Source of the DNA: an uncultured bacterium | Lineage (GTDB): Bacteria > Babelota > Babeliae > Babelales > Vermiphilaceae | Assembly: GCA_963701085.1 (NCBI GenBank) | Contig: OY969561.1 | Span: 768,001 to 832,000 of the forward strand | Direction: 5' to 3' | DNA length: 64,000 bases | Part shown: in pieces, positions 40,364 through 50,565 of the stretch | How positions within the stretch are numbered: position 1 is the stretch's first letter | How the letters are laid out: the number at the start of each line of letters is the position of its first letter | Notes under the pieces: model-generated | The model's input: the letters and a program-made list of their open reading frames with translations, nothing else | What the model was told of the DNA's origin: nothing | Databases searched by the model: none | Translations under genes and position numbers: made by a program

Positions 40364-42331
40364 ATGGCGGGGAGAATAACAATGACCAAGGCTAAACCTA
40401 CTGCTAAAAAAACTATTAAAAAAGTAGCTACAAACGTTGATTTGCATAAAGAGGTTATTGAAGAGTTTATTGAAAAATGCAAACTTAATGGTTTACTCAG
40501 CTATGAAGATCTTATTGCATTCAGCGATAAAAACAACGTAACTGACGCAGAGGTTACTGATATTCTGCGCCTTCTTGAAAAAGAAAACGTTGAACTTGTT
40601 ACTCAAGAAGAGCTTGAAAGCGAAAGTCTTGAAAAAGATGAACTTGAAGAGATCGAACCATCCCGCTTAAAACTCAAAACAAAACTTGAAACCTACGGTC
40701 TTGAATCAGGTGAGTTTGGAGAAGAAGAGGAAGAAGAAAATGAGGAAGAGGAAGAAGAGACTGAAGTTAAGCGCGATACCGAATCAAGCGTTGCTGATAG
40801 TGTCAAATCATACTTACGTGATATTGGTAAAATACCTCTTTTAAACAAAAAAACTGAAACAACCATTGCTGATCAGATCTCTCAAAGTAAGAGCAACAGC
40901 ATTGAAGCAATCTCCCGCTTTCCATTCCTTCATAAAGAATTTGTCCTGATGGGCGAAAAGCTTGAAAAAAATATTCTCAATCTTAAAGATTTTATTCAAT
41001 TTTCAGAATTTGATGAAGAAAACATTCCAAAGGTTGAAGAAGAAAAACGAGCACTTCTTAAAACAATCCACAATGTGAGCGACCTTATTGATAATGAGGA
41101 AAAAATTTATCATACCTACCGTAGCCAACTTGCTGATCCTAAAAAGAAAAAGGAAATGCTTGATGCGGTCAAGGAAAATAAAGAAAAAATTGGTGAAACA
41201 ATCCGCACCATCCGATTTTCCAACAAACTCATTAGAAAGTTTTGTAAAAGAATCGAAAAATACATTACCAAATTTAATGAAAAAGAGGTTGTTGCTCAAG
41301 AATCTGCTGCTCAATTAAAAAGGTTTACTGACCTTACAACACTGACCCCAACGCAAAAAAGTGATATGGAAGAGCTTGAGTCTTCTATGCGAGCTGCAAC
41401 CAAAACACTCAAAAAGCTTGAGGTGGAAATTGGTCTACCAAAGCATCTTATTTTAAGCTATTACAACCAACTTATTTTGGGCCAAAAGCAAGATAAGATA
41501 GCAAAAGACAACCTTGCAAAAGCAAACTTACGTCTTGTCGTTAATATTGCCAAAAAATACGTCAATCGTGGATTGCACTTTTTGGATCTTATTCAAGAAG
41601 GTAACATTGGCTTGATGAAAGCTGTTGAAAAATTTGAATTTGAACGTGGTTACAAATTCTCTACCTATGCTACTTGGTGGATCCGTCAAGCAATTACCCG
41701 AGCAATTGCTGATCAGTCCCGTACTATTCGTGTTCCGGTGCATATGGTTGAAACACTTAACAAAATAAATAAAATTAAGCGTACCTTTATTCAAGAAAAT
41801 GGCCGCGAACCGACATATGCCGAACTTGCAAAAGAACTTAATCTTGATGAGAAAAAAATTAAAAATATCATCAAAATTTCTAAGGAACCAATATCACTTG
41901 AAACACCCGTAGGCGACAGTGAAGATGCATATATCAAAGATTTTATTGAAAACGATAAAGAATCTTCACCTGCTGATACCGTTGCAAGTGCAGACCTTAA
42001 AGACCGCGTGCGTGAAGTACTTAAAACGCTGACCCCACGTGAAGAAAAAGTCCTTAAAATGCGTTTTGGTATTGATGTTGCTTCAGAACATACGTTGGAA
42101 GAAGTTGGTAAAGATTTCTCTGTTACGCGTGAACGTATCAGACAAATTGAGGTAAAAGCCTTAAGAAAATTACGTCATCCTTCACGGAGCAAGAGACTGC
42201 TTGCCTTTTTCGAAAAAGAATTAGATGATAAAGAAAATTTTGATGAAACAGGCAGTGATGATGCGCAAGATGATGATCTAGACGTAGATACAGAACATGA
42301 TAAAGATGAAAATGATGATGAAAAACAATAA
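40364..42331 (+). CDS. rpoD: Primary sigma factor
   Basis: [47 protein letters not shown]; follows dnaG. Confidence 0.97.
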   Translation: MAGRITMTKAKPTAKKTIKKVATNVDLHKEVIEEFIEKCKLNGLLSYEDLIAFSDKNNVTDAEVTDILRLLEKENVELVTQEELESESLEKDELEEIEPSRLKLKTKLETYGLESGEFGEEEEEENEEEEEETEVKRDTESSVADSVKSYLRDIGKIPLLNKKTETTIADQISQSKSNSIEAISRFPFLHKEFVLMGEKLEKNILNLKDFIQFSEFDEENIPKVEEEKRALLKTIHNVSDLIDNEEKIYHTYRSQLADPKKKKEMLDAVKENKEKIGETIRTIRFSNKLIRKFCKRIEKYITKFNEKEVVAQESAAQLKRFTDLTTLTPTQKSDMEELESSMRAATKTLKKLEVEIGLPKHLILSYYNQLILGQKQDKIAKDNLAKANLRLVVNIAKKYVNRGLHFLDLIQEGNIGLMKAVEKFEFERGYKFSTYATWWIRQAITRAIADQSRTIRVPVHMVETLNKINKIKRTFIQENGREPTYAELAKELNLDEKKIKNIIKISKEPISLETPVGDSEDAYIKDFIENDKESSPADTVASADLKDRVREVLKTLTPREEKVLKMRFGIDVASEHTLEEVGKDFSVTRERIRQIEVKALRKLRHPSRSKRLLAFFEKELDDKENFDETGSDDAQDDDLDVDTEHDKDENDDEKQ

Positions 42332-42352
42332 AAAAGAAGAAAGAGTTGACAC

Positions 42353-43639
42353 ATGGAACCATATCAGCTTAGTCAGCTAGTTACACCCTTTATTTTATTA
42401 TGCATTGCGCTTTGTTTTCGTGCAGTGCTTTCATTTTTAGAAACAAGCATTACAGCGTTACGTCTTTTTAGACTCAAGGAACTTGCTCACACAACAACCC
42501 AATATCTGCCTCTACTGCAAACATTAGAAAAAAATCCTCAACGTGTACTCATCACCATCCTTGTAGCAAATAGCTTTATTGATGTGAGTGCAGCTTCCTT
42601 AGCAACCTTTATTATGAGTACTATTTTTACTCATATTGGTTTTTCGGGGGGTATTGGATTTACGTTTGGAATCACGTTTGCTTCAATAGGTATTGTTGTT
42701 TTTGGTGAAATTTTACCAAAAAGTTTTGCCAAAATTCGCAGTGAGCACGCCTTCAAATCAGTCCTCTGGCTCATCAATTGCATCTATTACACACTTTACC
42801 CGTTGGTTATTGTTTTAGTAAAGTTCTCCGATTACGTCATGTATAAAATTGGCGGTAAAGAAGCTCTTGAAAGCTCCTCTCAATGGATTTCATCAGAACG
42901 AGAAATTCAATTTTTGATTAACTATATTCATGAAAAAGGTCTTCTTGAACTTGAAAAAAGGGAAATGCTTCAAAATGTTTTTCAACTTGGTAACACTCCC
43001 ATAAAAGAAGTGATGATGCCAAGCGAAAAAATTATTTCTGTTGCAGCTGATACCTCCATGGAAAAAACTCTCAAATTTTTTAGAGATCACTCATACACAC
43101 GTATTCCCGTTTATGAAAAACAACAGGAAAATATCATTGGCATGGTTCACCAAAAAGATCTCTTTTTTATGCTTTCTAAAGGTGAACAAAAAAACCTACG
43201 CGACATAATGCGCCCTATCATGTTTGTACCGGAAATGATGACAGTCATTGAACTTTTGGCAAAATTCAGAGAAAAACAACTCCACATTGCTATGGTAATT
43301 AATGAAGAAGGTGCATTGACTGGACTCGTTACACTTGAAGATCTTATTGAAGAAATTATTGGAGAAATCAGCGATGAACATGAATCAACCATTGGCAAAA
43401 TAATGCAAATGGGAGAAGATGAATGGCTTGTTGATGCAACTATCACTTTGGAAAATTTAGGCAAAATTTTGGGTATTATTTGTGTCTCTGAAGGAGCTGT
43501 TTCTCTTGCTGGATTTTTGACGGAGCTCTTGGGACATATTCCACAACAAGATGAAGAGATTTTATACAAAGACTTCCTTTTCAAAATCCAAAAAGCTACT
43601 GCCCTCCACGTACAATTCGTTCACATATTTAAACAGTAG
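42353..43639 (+). CDS. CNNM/HlyC-CorC family membrane protein (DUF21 + 2 CBS + CorC)
   Basis: ETSIT, FGEILPK, YTRIPVY, VTLEDLIEEIIGEISDE. Confidence 0.92.
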   Translation: MEPYQLSQLVTPFILLCIALCFRAVLSFLETSITALRLFRLKELAHTTTQYLPLLQTLEKNPQRVLITILVANSFIDVSAASLATFIMSTIFTHIGFSGGIGFTFGITFASIGIVVFGEILPKSFAKIRSEHAFKSVLWLINCIYYTLYPLVIVLVKFSDYVMYKIGGKEALESSSQWISSEREIQFLINYIHEKGLLELEKREMLQNVFQLGNTPIKEVMMPSEKIISVAADTSMEKTLKFFRDHSYTRIPVYEKQQENIIGMVHQKDLFFMLSKGEQKNLRDIMRPIMFVPEMMTVIELLAKFREKQLHIAMVINEEGALTGLVTLEDLIEEIIGEISDEHESTIGKIMQMGEDEWLVDATITLENLGKILGIICVSEGAVSLAGFLTELLGHIPQQDEEILYKDFLFKIQKATALHVQFVHIFKQ

Positions 43640-43732
43640 CTGCTATTACATTGCTTTATCTTCGTTATTTTGCTATAAAATAGGGAATAAATTTTAGACT
43701 CATTATCAGCAAATGTAACGGAAGCACCATTC

Positions 43733-44734
43733 ATGCACACTATAACAAAAACTAATCTCATGTTTCTTGTAGCGATGACTTTATCAATAGGCTCGGTAGT
43801 AGCAATGGAACAAGAGTCTGAAGCAATAAGATACTCATTGTATAATATGAACTATTATACAAGAACATTATCGGGAGAAATCGACTCACTACTCAAAAAC
43901 TATGATGTAAAAAAATTATATGAAGATATTGGAACAGAAGCCAATGCGCGAACAGAAAATTATCATATAGACGATGAAAACATTTTACCATTACTCAAAA
44001 AACCTTGTAACCGCAGACAACAGCATACTGTTGAGTATAATGTTTCTCAAGGAAAGTCATTCACCATTGAAACAGAGCATTGCAAGCCATCTGAGTGTTT
44101 TTTTAAAATAAAAAAAGGCGTCACCCAGATTGTTTTTAAACCAACACCCGACAAAGAACTTCTGATAATAAGCCACGTAAGAGGCAACATTTTCAATGAA
44201 AAAATAGTTACGGAATTAGGATACGATGAGCTCAATAAAAAAGTGCTTGCAGAATTAAGGCACAATTTCAATAAAAAAGATTTTGCAAAATTAGGGCACA
44301 CCATTCTCAATGCAAACGTGCTCAAAAAATTAGGGTACGATAATTGGGGTAACAAAGTGCTCGCGAAATTGCAAATAATATACCCACATAGATTAATGAC
44401 AATAGAAAACCAACTCCATAATAAAGTATTTCTGAATGTGGTAGACCCTAGTAATCTTTCAAATTTGTCTCCTTACGCTTTTGTAGACAAGAACACAACA
44501 AAAGATTTTCTTATTTCAGAAAAAGAAATGGCTCACCAAACTATTACATTTCCTGGGGCATCCGATACAGTAAAACTACCAATAGAAGCAACAAAAACAC
44601 GTTTTATTATTACGCACGACCCTAATAGTAAAGATTTTTTTATGACAGATGCTCTTATAATAAATGCTGCATCTAAATTTAATGATTCTGGAGAAGTTAT
44701 CGGTAGCTTGACTGGGCTGACAAACGAAAAATAA
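43733..44734 (+). CDS. Secreted hypothetical protein with internal 12-13-aa repeats
   Basis: Signal ending VA-ME; five NxxVLxxLGxx units. Confidence 0.8.
   Translation: MHTITKTNLMFLVAMTLSIGSVVAMEQESEAIRYSLYNMNYYTRTLSGEIDSLLKNYDVKKLYEDIGTEANARTENYHIDDENILPLLKKPCNRRQQHTVEYNVSQGKSFTIETEHCKPSECFFKIKKGVTQIVFKPTPDKELLIISHVRGNIFNEKIVTELGYDELNKKVLAELRHNFNKKDFAKLGHTILNANVLKKLGYDNWGNKVLAKLQIIYPHRLMTIENQLHNKVFLNVVDPSNLSNLSPYAFVDKNTTKDFLISEKEMAHQTITFPGASDTVKLPIEATKTRFIITHDPNSKDFFMTDALIINAASKFNDSGEVIGSLTGLTNEK
44192..44371 (+). repeat. Degenerate 36-39-bp tandem repeat, about 5 units
   Basis: FNEKIVTELGYDE / LNKKVLAELRHN / FNKKDFAKLGHTI / LNANVLKKLGYDN / WGNKVLAKL. Confidence 0.7.
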
Positions 44735-44750
44735 AAATAAAGGAAGAAAA

Positions 44751-45152
44751 ATGATGCCAACAAAAATCAATCTCATGCTCTTTGTAGTTATGACATTATC
44801 AACAGGCTTAATTACAGCAATGGAAGAGCCCAGCACTATAAAATGACAATAGAAAACCAACTATACAGTAAAATGTTTCTCAATGTACCAAACCCAAATA
44901 CTATTACGGACCAGTCTCCTTACGCATGTGTAAAAGGCAGAAAAACAAGAACATTCCTTCTTTCTCCAGAAGAAATAGCTAATCAAACTATTGCTATTCC
45001 TGGAGGGTATCCTTCTAATAAAGAACAGCTACCAATAGAGAAAAAAGAAACACGTTTTATTATTAAGAACCATTACTTATCAGGAACTTATTATAGAAGA
45101 TGATTCTAAAAAAATTATCGCTGAACTAAGCATAGTGTGTAATGCAAAATAG
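44751..45152 (+). pseudogene. Frameshifted short paralog of 43733..44734 (signal peptide plus C-terminal domain)
   Basis: MMPTKINLMLFVVMTLSTGLITAMEE, shift near 44830 into MTIENQLYSKMFLNV..., second shift near 45078 ending ELSIVCNAK*. Confidence 0.7.
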
Positions 45153-45256
45153 AATAAGGCCAAGTAAACATAAATAAAAATTCATTGACCTCTCCTTTTG
45201 ATACCTTCTATAGTTAACAGCAAAAGAATATCAAACCCCTCAAAGGGAGAAGTTCA

Positions 45257-45664
45257 ATGAATTCCATTTCAATAAAAGCCCTTCTCATTATAGCAACGCT
45301 CACAACCGCTTCTGCATTTGGCAAAAGGCCAAAAAAAGAAAAACCTCCCAAACAACCCAGACCTGCTCTTACTCAAGAACAAAAACAGGTCATTGTAGCA
45401 AATGCTGCACAAGTTGTGGGTGGTATCTGCAATATAGCACTCGACCCACATAATCCTTACAATATTGGCAGTTCAGTTGGCGGCATGATTCAGGCACTGA
45501 TTAATATCATTGTTGAAAAATTTGCCCACCGTTCAATAGATCTTAATGATACATATGTACTACAAGAATGTCTTAATGAATTGGGTAAAGATATTACTAA
45601 AGAAATAACTGAAATAATTATCAAAAGAAATCTTTTACAAAAGCATTATAACCATAACAATTAA
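45257..45664 (+). CDS. Secreted hypothetical protein
   Basis: GGGAG RBS; signal ending SAFG. Confidence 0.72.
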   Translation: MNSISIKALLIIATLTTASAFGKRPKKEKPPKQPRPALTQEQKQVIVANAAQVVGGICNIALDPHNPYNIGSSVGGMIQALINIIVEKFAHRSIDLNDTYVLQECLNELGKDITKEITEIIIKRNLLQKHYNHNN

Positions 45665-45734
45665 TTGATTATTTATCATCATGATGATAAGTTTAATAAA
45701 TATAATAGATACTTTTTGTGAAAATAAACACACT

Positions 45735-46199
45735 ATGAAACCATCGATAAAAACTATAATCAAACAATTTTCCGCACTTCTACTCATCGCCTCAATTTCA
45801 ACTACATGGCAAATACAAGCTATGAAACCAAAACAACGCCCACCAAAATCACTCGAATACAACAATTGCATCACGATCAAAAATGACAACCCAGACACTT
45901 TTATGCAAGTACTTTTTAAACGTAAAAAATATGATGCTTATGCAAAAAAATATTATCCGCTCAACGAATCTGGATTTATAGGTGATAAGCGAGAATGCAG
46001 GATGGAGAGAACCTATAATGATAGCTCCCAACTTACATTAGTCGATCCTGTTTCCCAAGAAAAAGAGCTCTTTTTATCAGCATATGACCAAGATCTTATC
46101 ACAATACATGCAATCAACAATAGAATGGCCCGTGTAACTGTAGAAAATAACAGTGAAAACCATCCAGAAGTAGAATTAGGTCACTTTACCTACAAATAA
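45735..46199 (+). CDS. Secreted hypothetical protein
   Basis: Start MKPSIK; signal ending IQA-MK. Confidence 0.7.
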   Translation: MKPSIKTIIKQFSALLLIASISTTWQIQAMKPKQRPPKSLEYNNCITIKNDNPDTFMQVLFKRKKYDAYAKKYYPLNESGFIGDKRECRMERTYNDSSQLTLVDPVSQEKELFLSAYDQDLITIHAINNRMARVTVENNSENHPEVELGHFTYK

Positions 46200-46220
46200 C
46201 ATCTTCTTATAGTATAAAAT

Positions 46221-46267
46221 AATAATAAGCAATCCCGGATTTTAACGGTCCGGGATTGCTTATTATT
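46221..46267. terminator. Perfect 19-bp-stem hairpin terminator
   Basis: AATAATAAGCAATCCCGGA-ttttaacgg-TCCGGGATTGCTTATTATT. Confidence 0.85.
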
Positions 46268-46294
46268 GACATACTAAAAACTTATACGTAATCT
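46266..46294 (+). promoter_or_regulatory. sigma70 promoter of the leader/transport operon
   Basis: TTGACA-17 nt-TAATCT. Confidence 0.65.
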
Positions 46295-46334
46295 AACTAT
46301 TGAAATTGATTAATTTAACAAATCAAGGAGCATC

Positions 46335-46451
46335 ATGATATCGTTGCAATTAGAACGATTACAGTATTGCGCAAACCCTCTCTATACGCTACAATTCAAT
46401 TATTCTGCGTCCTTTTTTACTATTCTTACCTCTTGGCGCCGTTGGTGCTAA
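46335..46451 (+). CDS. Putative 38-aa leader (attenuator) peptide, aromatic-rich, ending WRRWC
   Basis: AAGGAG RBS; MISLQLERLQYCANPLYTLQFNYSASFFTILTSWRRWC*; below the ORF-track cutoff. Confidence 0.6.
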   Translation: MISLQLERLQYCANPLYTLQFNYSASFFTILTSWRRWC

Positions 46452-46615
46452 ACCCCTTTTTTCTCATTTATTTCTAAAAGTTTCTCCATTTTTTATATCA
46501 GCAAAATAACCGTAATTCGACTACCACAATGCTACAGTTGCGTCATTTCTGCCATTACTATAGCAATAATGATGACACTTATGCCATTAATTTTTTGTAA
46601 CTATAAGGATCTCAT

Positions 46616-47467
46616 ATGAAAATATATACTCATGTAACTTACCTCGTTATGTCATTTGTATGCATCAATGCAATCGCCATGGAACAAACAATAACGTTCC
46701 ACAAGGCAAACCAAACTGATACCCTGCACATACTTAAAGTAATCAATGAACAGGCCATCCAAGACCATAAAAAAATAGTCATTTTACCTAAAAAATTTAG
46801 AGAAAGTGCTATTGAGCGGGACATTCTCAATAACAGGCTCTATGTGGCAAGGGAGAAACATTCAGACAACATAGTCGCCTTTAAGAAACTTTTTATTATA
46901 GATAATGAATCGGAATACAACGATATTACCAATGATGAAATACGGTGTTTTGGAGAAAAAAACCACTTTGTAGATGCGCACATTACAAACCAATGTTCTC
47001 AAAAAACCGCTATTACTCCCAATCAAATACCCTCATTTACGTTACATGATAGTGTCGTAATATATTTTGGTGGAGATTATACTGTTCCAACATATCGCAA
47101 CAAACAAATTAATTCTCAACTTATCCGGTATACATTTGAACAAGTGAAGAATGACATCGTTGACGCCATACAAACAAAAAACCTACAAAACATCGTTCTA
47201 CTCTACGGCCTCACCAAATTTAATGCTGGCGAAACATTGAATGGAATTGACCGAACGCCATCAATCATCGGTGCATTTGCACCGTTTGCCAAAAAAATAG
47301 CTACTCAATGTGGCAAAGAAGGCAGCAACACTCTTTATCACAGCCGCTACCAAGCGTTTATGCCAACATTTGATCCAGAAGACACAGAATGCAAACCACT
47401 ACCCGATGACCAAGCAATCCCTGGATACGGCAATGTGCTCATTTTTCCGTTAACCAGACAACAATAA
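46616..47467 (+). CDS. Secreted GNAT-like protein
   Basis: Signal ending IA-ME; ITFHKANQTD, LYVA...IVAF, YFGGDYTVPTYRNKQINSQL resembles GNAT motif A. Confidence 0.55.
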   Translation: MKIYTHVTYLVMSFVCINAIAMEQTITFHKANQTDTLHILKVINEQAIQDHKKIVILPKKFRESAIERDILNNRLYVAREKHSDNIVAFKKLFIIDNESEYNDITNDEIRCFGEKNHFVDAHITNQCSQKTAITPNQIPSFTLHDSVVIYFGGDYTVPTYRNKQINSQLIRYTFEQVKNDIVDAIQTKNLQNIVLLYGLTKFNAGETLNGIDRTPSIIGAFAPFAKKIATQCGKEGSNTLYHSRYQAFMPTFDPEDTECKPLPDDQAIPGYGNVLIFPLTRQQ

Positions 47468-47487
47468 ATGTATAACAAGGAACAAAG

Positions 47488-48501
47488 ATGAATAATCGCA
47501 CACTATTACTTACAATAGCTCTTACTATCGGAGCAGCTTCTATTGGGTATTATCTTGTAAAAAAACAACCAAAAAACAAAGATGGCCAAACATATCGCAT
47601 TGCCATTTTTGAGCCAGCATCTCACCCTGCGATGGATGAAATTGCACAAGGCTTTACCGATACTATTACAAAAAACAGCTCTGCCGATTATACCTTTAAG
47701 CGCTATAATGCAAACGGAAATCAAACACTTTTGCGCGCTCTCGCTGAAGAAATTGTTCAACAAAACTATGATCTTGTAATGACAATCGGTGCTGATCCAA
47801 GTAAAACAATGCATGAATTAACAACAAAGAAAAAATTATCTACTCCGATAGTTTTTGATGCAGTTTCTGATCCGATTGGTCTTGGCATAATTGCATCACG
47901 ATCATCATCAGGGAACAATATCACTGGGGTAGAAGAAGTTCATGATTATACAGATCAGCTCAATAGACTTCTTGCCGTAAAACCAAACACAAAGAATATA
48001 TTACTCGTCTATGATCCAGTGATTAAAGCAGGCATTCATGAAACATGGGCACAAGAAGTAACAAAGATCGCTGCTACCATGGGCATTGCTATTCACTATG
48101 CTAAAGTGTTTCACACCAATGAAATTTCCACAAAAGTACAACCACTCCTTAATAATATAGATGTCATGATGATTTTTACTGATCACACAACCGTCTCTGG
48201 TGTTGATAGCCTTATTACGTTATGTAATAGATACGGTATTACCCTCTATGCTTCAGATCTTAATTCTGGAGATAAAGGTGCAGCACTTGCCTATGGTATA
48301 CTGCAATACGATCTGGGCGTTGATGCGGCAGAATTAGCACTTATCATTTTGGAACAACATAAAAAACCAAACGAAGTGCCTATTATAAGCCCAAAAACTA
48401 AACGACTAAAAATAAATACAAAAACTATGGCAAAACAAGGCCTCACACTTTCCGATGAACAACGTGAAAATATTAAAAAAAGTGGTGGGATTTTTGTATG
48501 A
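47488..48501 (+). CDS. ABC substrate-binding protein (ABC_sub_bind / TrpX-like aromatic amino acid family)
   Basis: HPAMDEIAQGF, NANGN, PIVFDAVSDP, NITGV, TDHT, INTKT; N-terminal membrane anchor. Confidence 0.85.
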   Translation: MNNRTLLLTIALTIGAASIGYYLVKKQPKNKDGQTYRIAIFEPASHPAMDEIAQGFTDTITKNSSADYTFKRYNANGNQTLLRALAEEIVQQNYDLVMTIGADPSKTMHELTTKKKLSTPIVFDAVSDPIGLGIIASRSSSGNNITGVEEVHDYTDQLNRLLAVKPNTKNILLVYDPVIKAGIHETWAQEVTKIAATMGIAIHYAKVFHTNEISTKVQPLLNNIDVMMIFTDHTTVSGVDSLITLCNRYGITLYASDLNSGDKGAALAYGILQYDLGVDAAELALIILEQHKKPNEVPIISPKTKRLKINTKTMAKQGLTLSDEQRENIKKSGGIFV

Positions 48502-49691
48502 TCTCTTTTTTACAAAAATATCTCACCATTAATACATCACAACCCAATCCTGATTATGCATCAGTCTGCGCCCTTTTTAAGGCGCAGGCTGAATCTGATG
48601 GATTTTTATATAATGAAATTTTGCTCCCATCCGGAAAACCGGTTATCGTAATTACTTATGAGGGAACAGATGCTTCATTACCATCACTCATTCTTAATCA
48701 TCATATGGATGTAGTCCCTGCGTTAAACACCGAAAAATGGATACTACCACCGTTTGCAGGAGCTATTGATAATGACATCATCATTGGTAGAGGTGTTCAG
48801 GATATGAAGGGAGTTGGTGTTGCACATTATTATGCATTAAAAGAATTGCGCGATGCTGGCGTACAACTTACACGTACGGTGCATATTGTGGCAGTCCCTG
48901 ATGAAGAGATTGGTGGTTTTACCGGAACCAAACAATTTATAGAAACAGATTTTTTTAAAACAATGAATTGCGGCTTTGTTATTGATGAGGGTATTCCTTC
49001 TGGTGATGCCGCAAACTTGGCCATAAAAGTTACCGAACGCAAACCATTGCAAATACAAATCACGGTCACGGGATCACTTGCCCATGGCTCAAAACTCAAC
49101 TGTTTTAATGCGATTCATGAGCTGGTGAATATCTTAAACACAATAACTACTCATCATCAGATGCAACAAAAGGAAAGCGCTACACAACCTGACGGATTGC
49201 TGACTTCCATGAATATTACCTCACTCACTGCGGGCATGCACAGTGATAATCAAATATGCCTCAACATGGTCCCTGACTGCGCATCTGCGACGGTTGATAT
49301 ACGCGTTCCCCCAACAATGCGCATGCATGAAGCAACTGATTTTATTGAAAACCTGATCAACAAACACACCAATTGCACATATACTGTTCATGCTGCCGTG
49401 CCTGATCAGCATGTTAAAGATTCATATACAACGCCACTGTATAACAGCCTTGAACAGGCAATAAAAGAATGCGGCATTAGATCAGAACCGCTTTTTTTTG
49501 AAGGCTCATCAGATCTACGCTATTATAAAGCATTAAATATTGATGGGGTTGGATTTACCCCATTTACCACTACAAATGCTATCCATTGCACCAATGAATC
49601 ACTGCCTGTAGCCGACCTCATTCAAGGAAAAAATATTATGGTCCATTTTCTCAAAAAATTTTGCATAACCAAGGAGAACACCAATGGTTGA
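48498..49691 (+). CDS. M20 N-acyl-L-amino acid amidohydrolase (aminoacylase-1-like)
   Basis: INTSQPNPDY, LILNHHMDVVP, GRGVQDMK, VPDEEIGG, IDEG, SDLRY, HCTNE. Confidence 0.88.
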   Translation: MISFLQKYLTINTSQPNPDYASVCALFKAQAESDGFLYNEILLPSGKPVIVITYEGTDASLPSLILNHHMDVVPALNTEKWILPPFAGAIDNDIIIGRGVQDMKGVGVAHYYALKELRDAGVQLTRTVHIVAVPDEEIGGFTGTKQFIETDFFKTMNCGFVIDEGIPSGDAANLAIKVTERKPLQIQITVTGSLAHGSKLNCFNAIHELVNILNTITTHHQMQQKESATQPDGLLTSMNITSLTAGMHSDNQICLNMVPDCASATVDIRVPPTMRMHEATDFIENLINKHTNCTYTVHAAVPDQHVKDSYTTPLYNSLEQAIKECGIRSEPLFFEGSSDLRYYKALNIDGVGFTPFTTTNAIHCTNESLPVADLIQGKNIMVHFLKKFCITKENTNG

Positions 49692-50562
49692 AACTATTCT
49701 TATTATTACGGAACAAGCGCTGTTGCACTTTCCTTTAATTCTTGGGGCATATATCAGTGTATCTCTGATGAAGGTACCTGATTTAAGCATAGAAAGCGCG
49801 TATGTATTTGGCGCCCTATGTGCAAGCACTGTCCTACCATTTGTTCACCATCTTCCGTCTCTGATAAGTCTCCCTATTATTATATTCGCTGCTCTTATTG
49901 GTGGTGCATGCGTTGGGCTTACTTCGGGATTGTTGACACAAAAAGCACACATACCACATCTTCTTTCCAGCATTATCACCATTGGTATTTTTCATGGCGT
50001 TAGCCAACTTATTGCAGGAGTGTATATTTCTCTCAGTGGCTATACAAACATTCTAACACTTGATATGATTCCGCTGCACCCAGAATTACCACTTTTGGGT
50101 ATCATTTTTATAGTAGGTACACTGCTCGCTATCTATTTTTTTAAAACAGAACTTGGTTATTCACTCGCGGTATATGGTAACAATCCCAATTTCTTTGCTA
50201 ATTACGGCATATCATCAGCATACATATTTATGACTGGCATTCTTATTGCCAATGCGCTTGCGGGGCTGAGCGGCTATCTGTTCGCTCAATCAAATGGTTT
50301 TGCGGATATTAATATGGGCTTTGGAAAGTTATTACTCTGCGTAACCGCACTCATTTTGGGCAAAAGTATACATAACAAAACCTTATCATTTATTACCCCA
50401 ATTGCTGGACTGTTTGGCTATTTTACACTCCAACAATTGCTGCTTAAAGTTGGTTTTGATCTGCGTTATTTTACGGCAGTGCAAGCGCTGGTGATTGTTG
50501 CTATTCTCATCTCACAATATAAAAAAAATGAATCCCTTAATACTGATCATCTTGGAGTCTAA
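49684..50562 (+). CDS. ABC permease (BPD_transp_2, TrpY-like)
   Basis: PDLSIESAY, LLSSII, TELG, ANALAGLSG, GFADINMG. Confidence 0.88.
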   Translation: MVETILIITEQALLHFPLILGAYISVSLMKVPDLSIESAYVFGALCASTVLPFVHHLPSLISLPIIIFAALIGGACVGLTSGLLTQKAHIPHLLSSIITIGIFHGVSQLIAGVYISLSGYTNILTLDMIPLHPELPLLGIIFIVGTLLAIYFFKTELGYSLAVYGNNPNFFANYGISSAYIFMTGILIANALAGLSGYLFAQSNGFADINMGFGKLLLCVTALILGKSIHNKTLSFITPIAGLFGYFTLQQLLLKVGFDLRYFTAVQALVIVAILISQYKKNESLNTDHLGV

Positions 50563-50565
50563 CCC

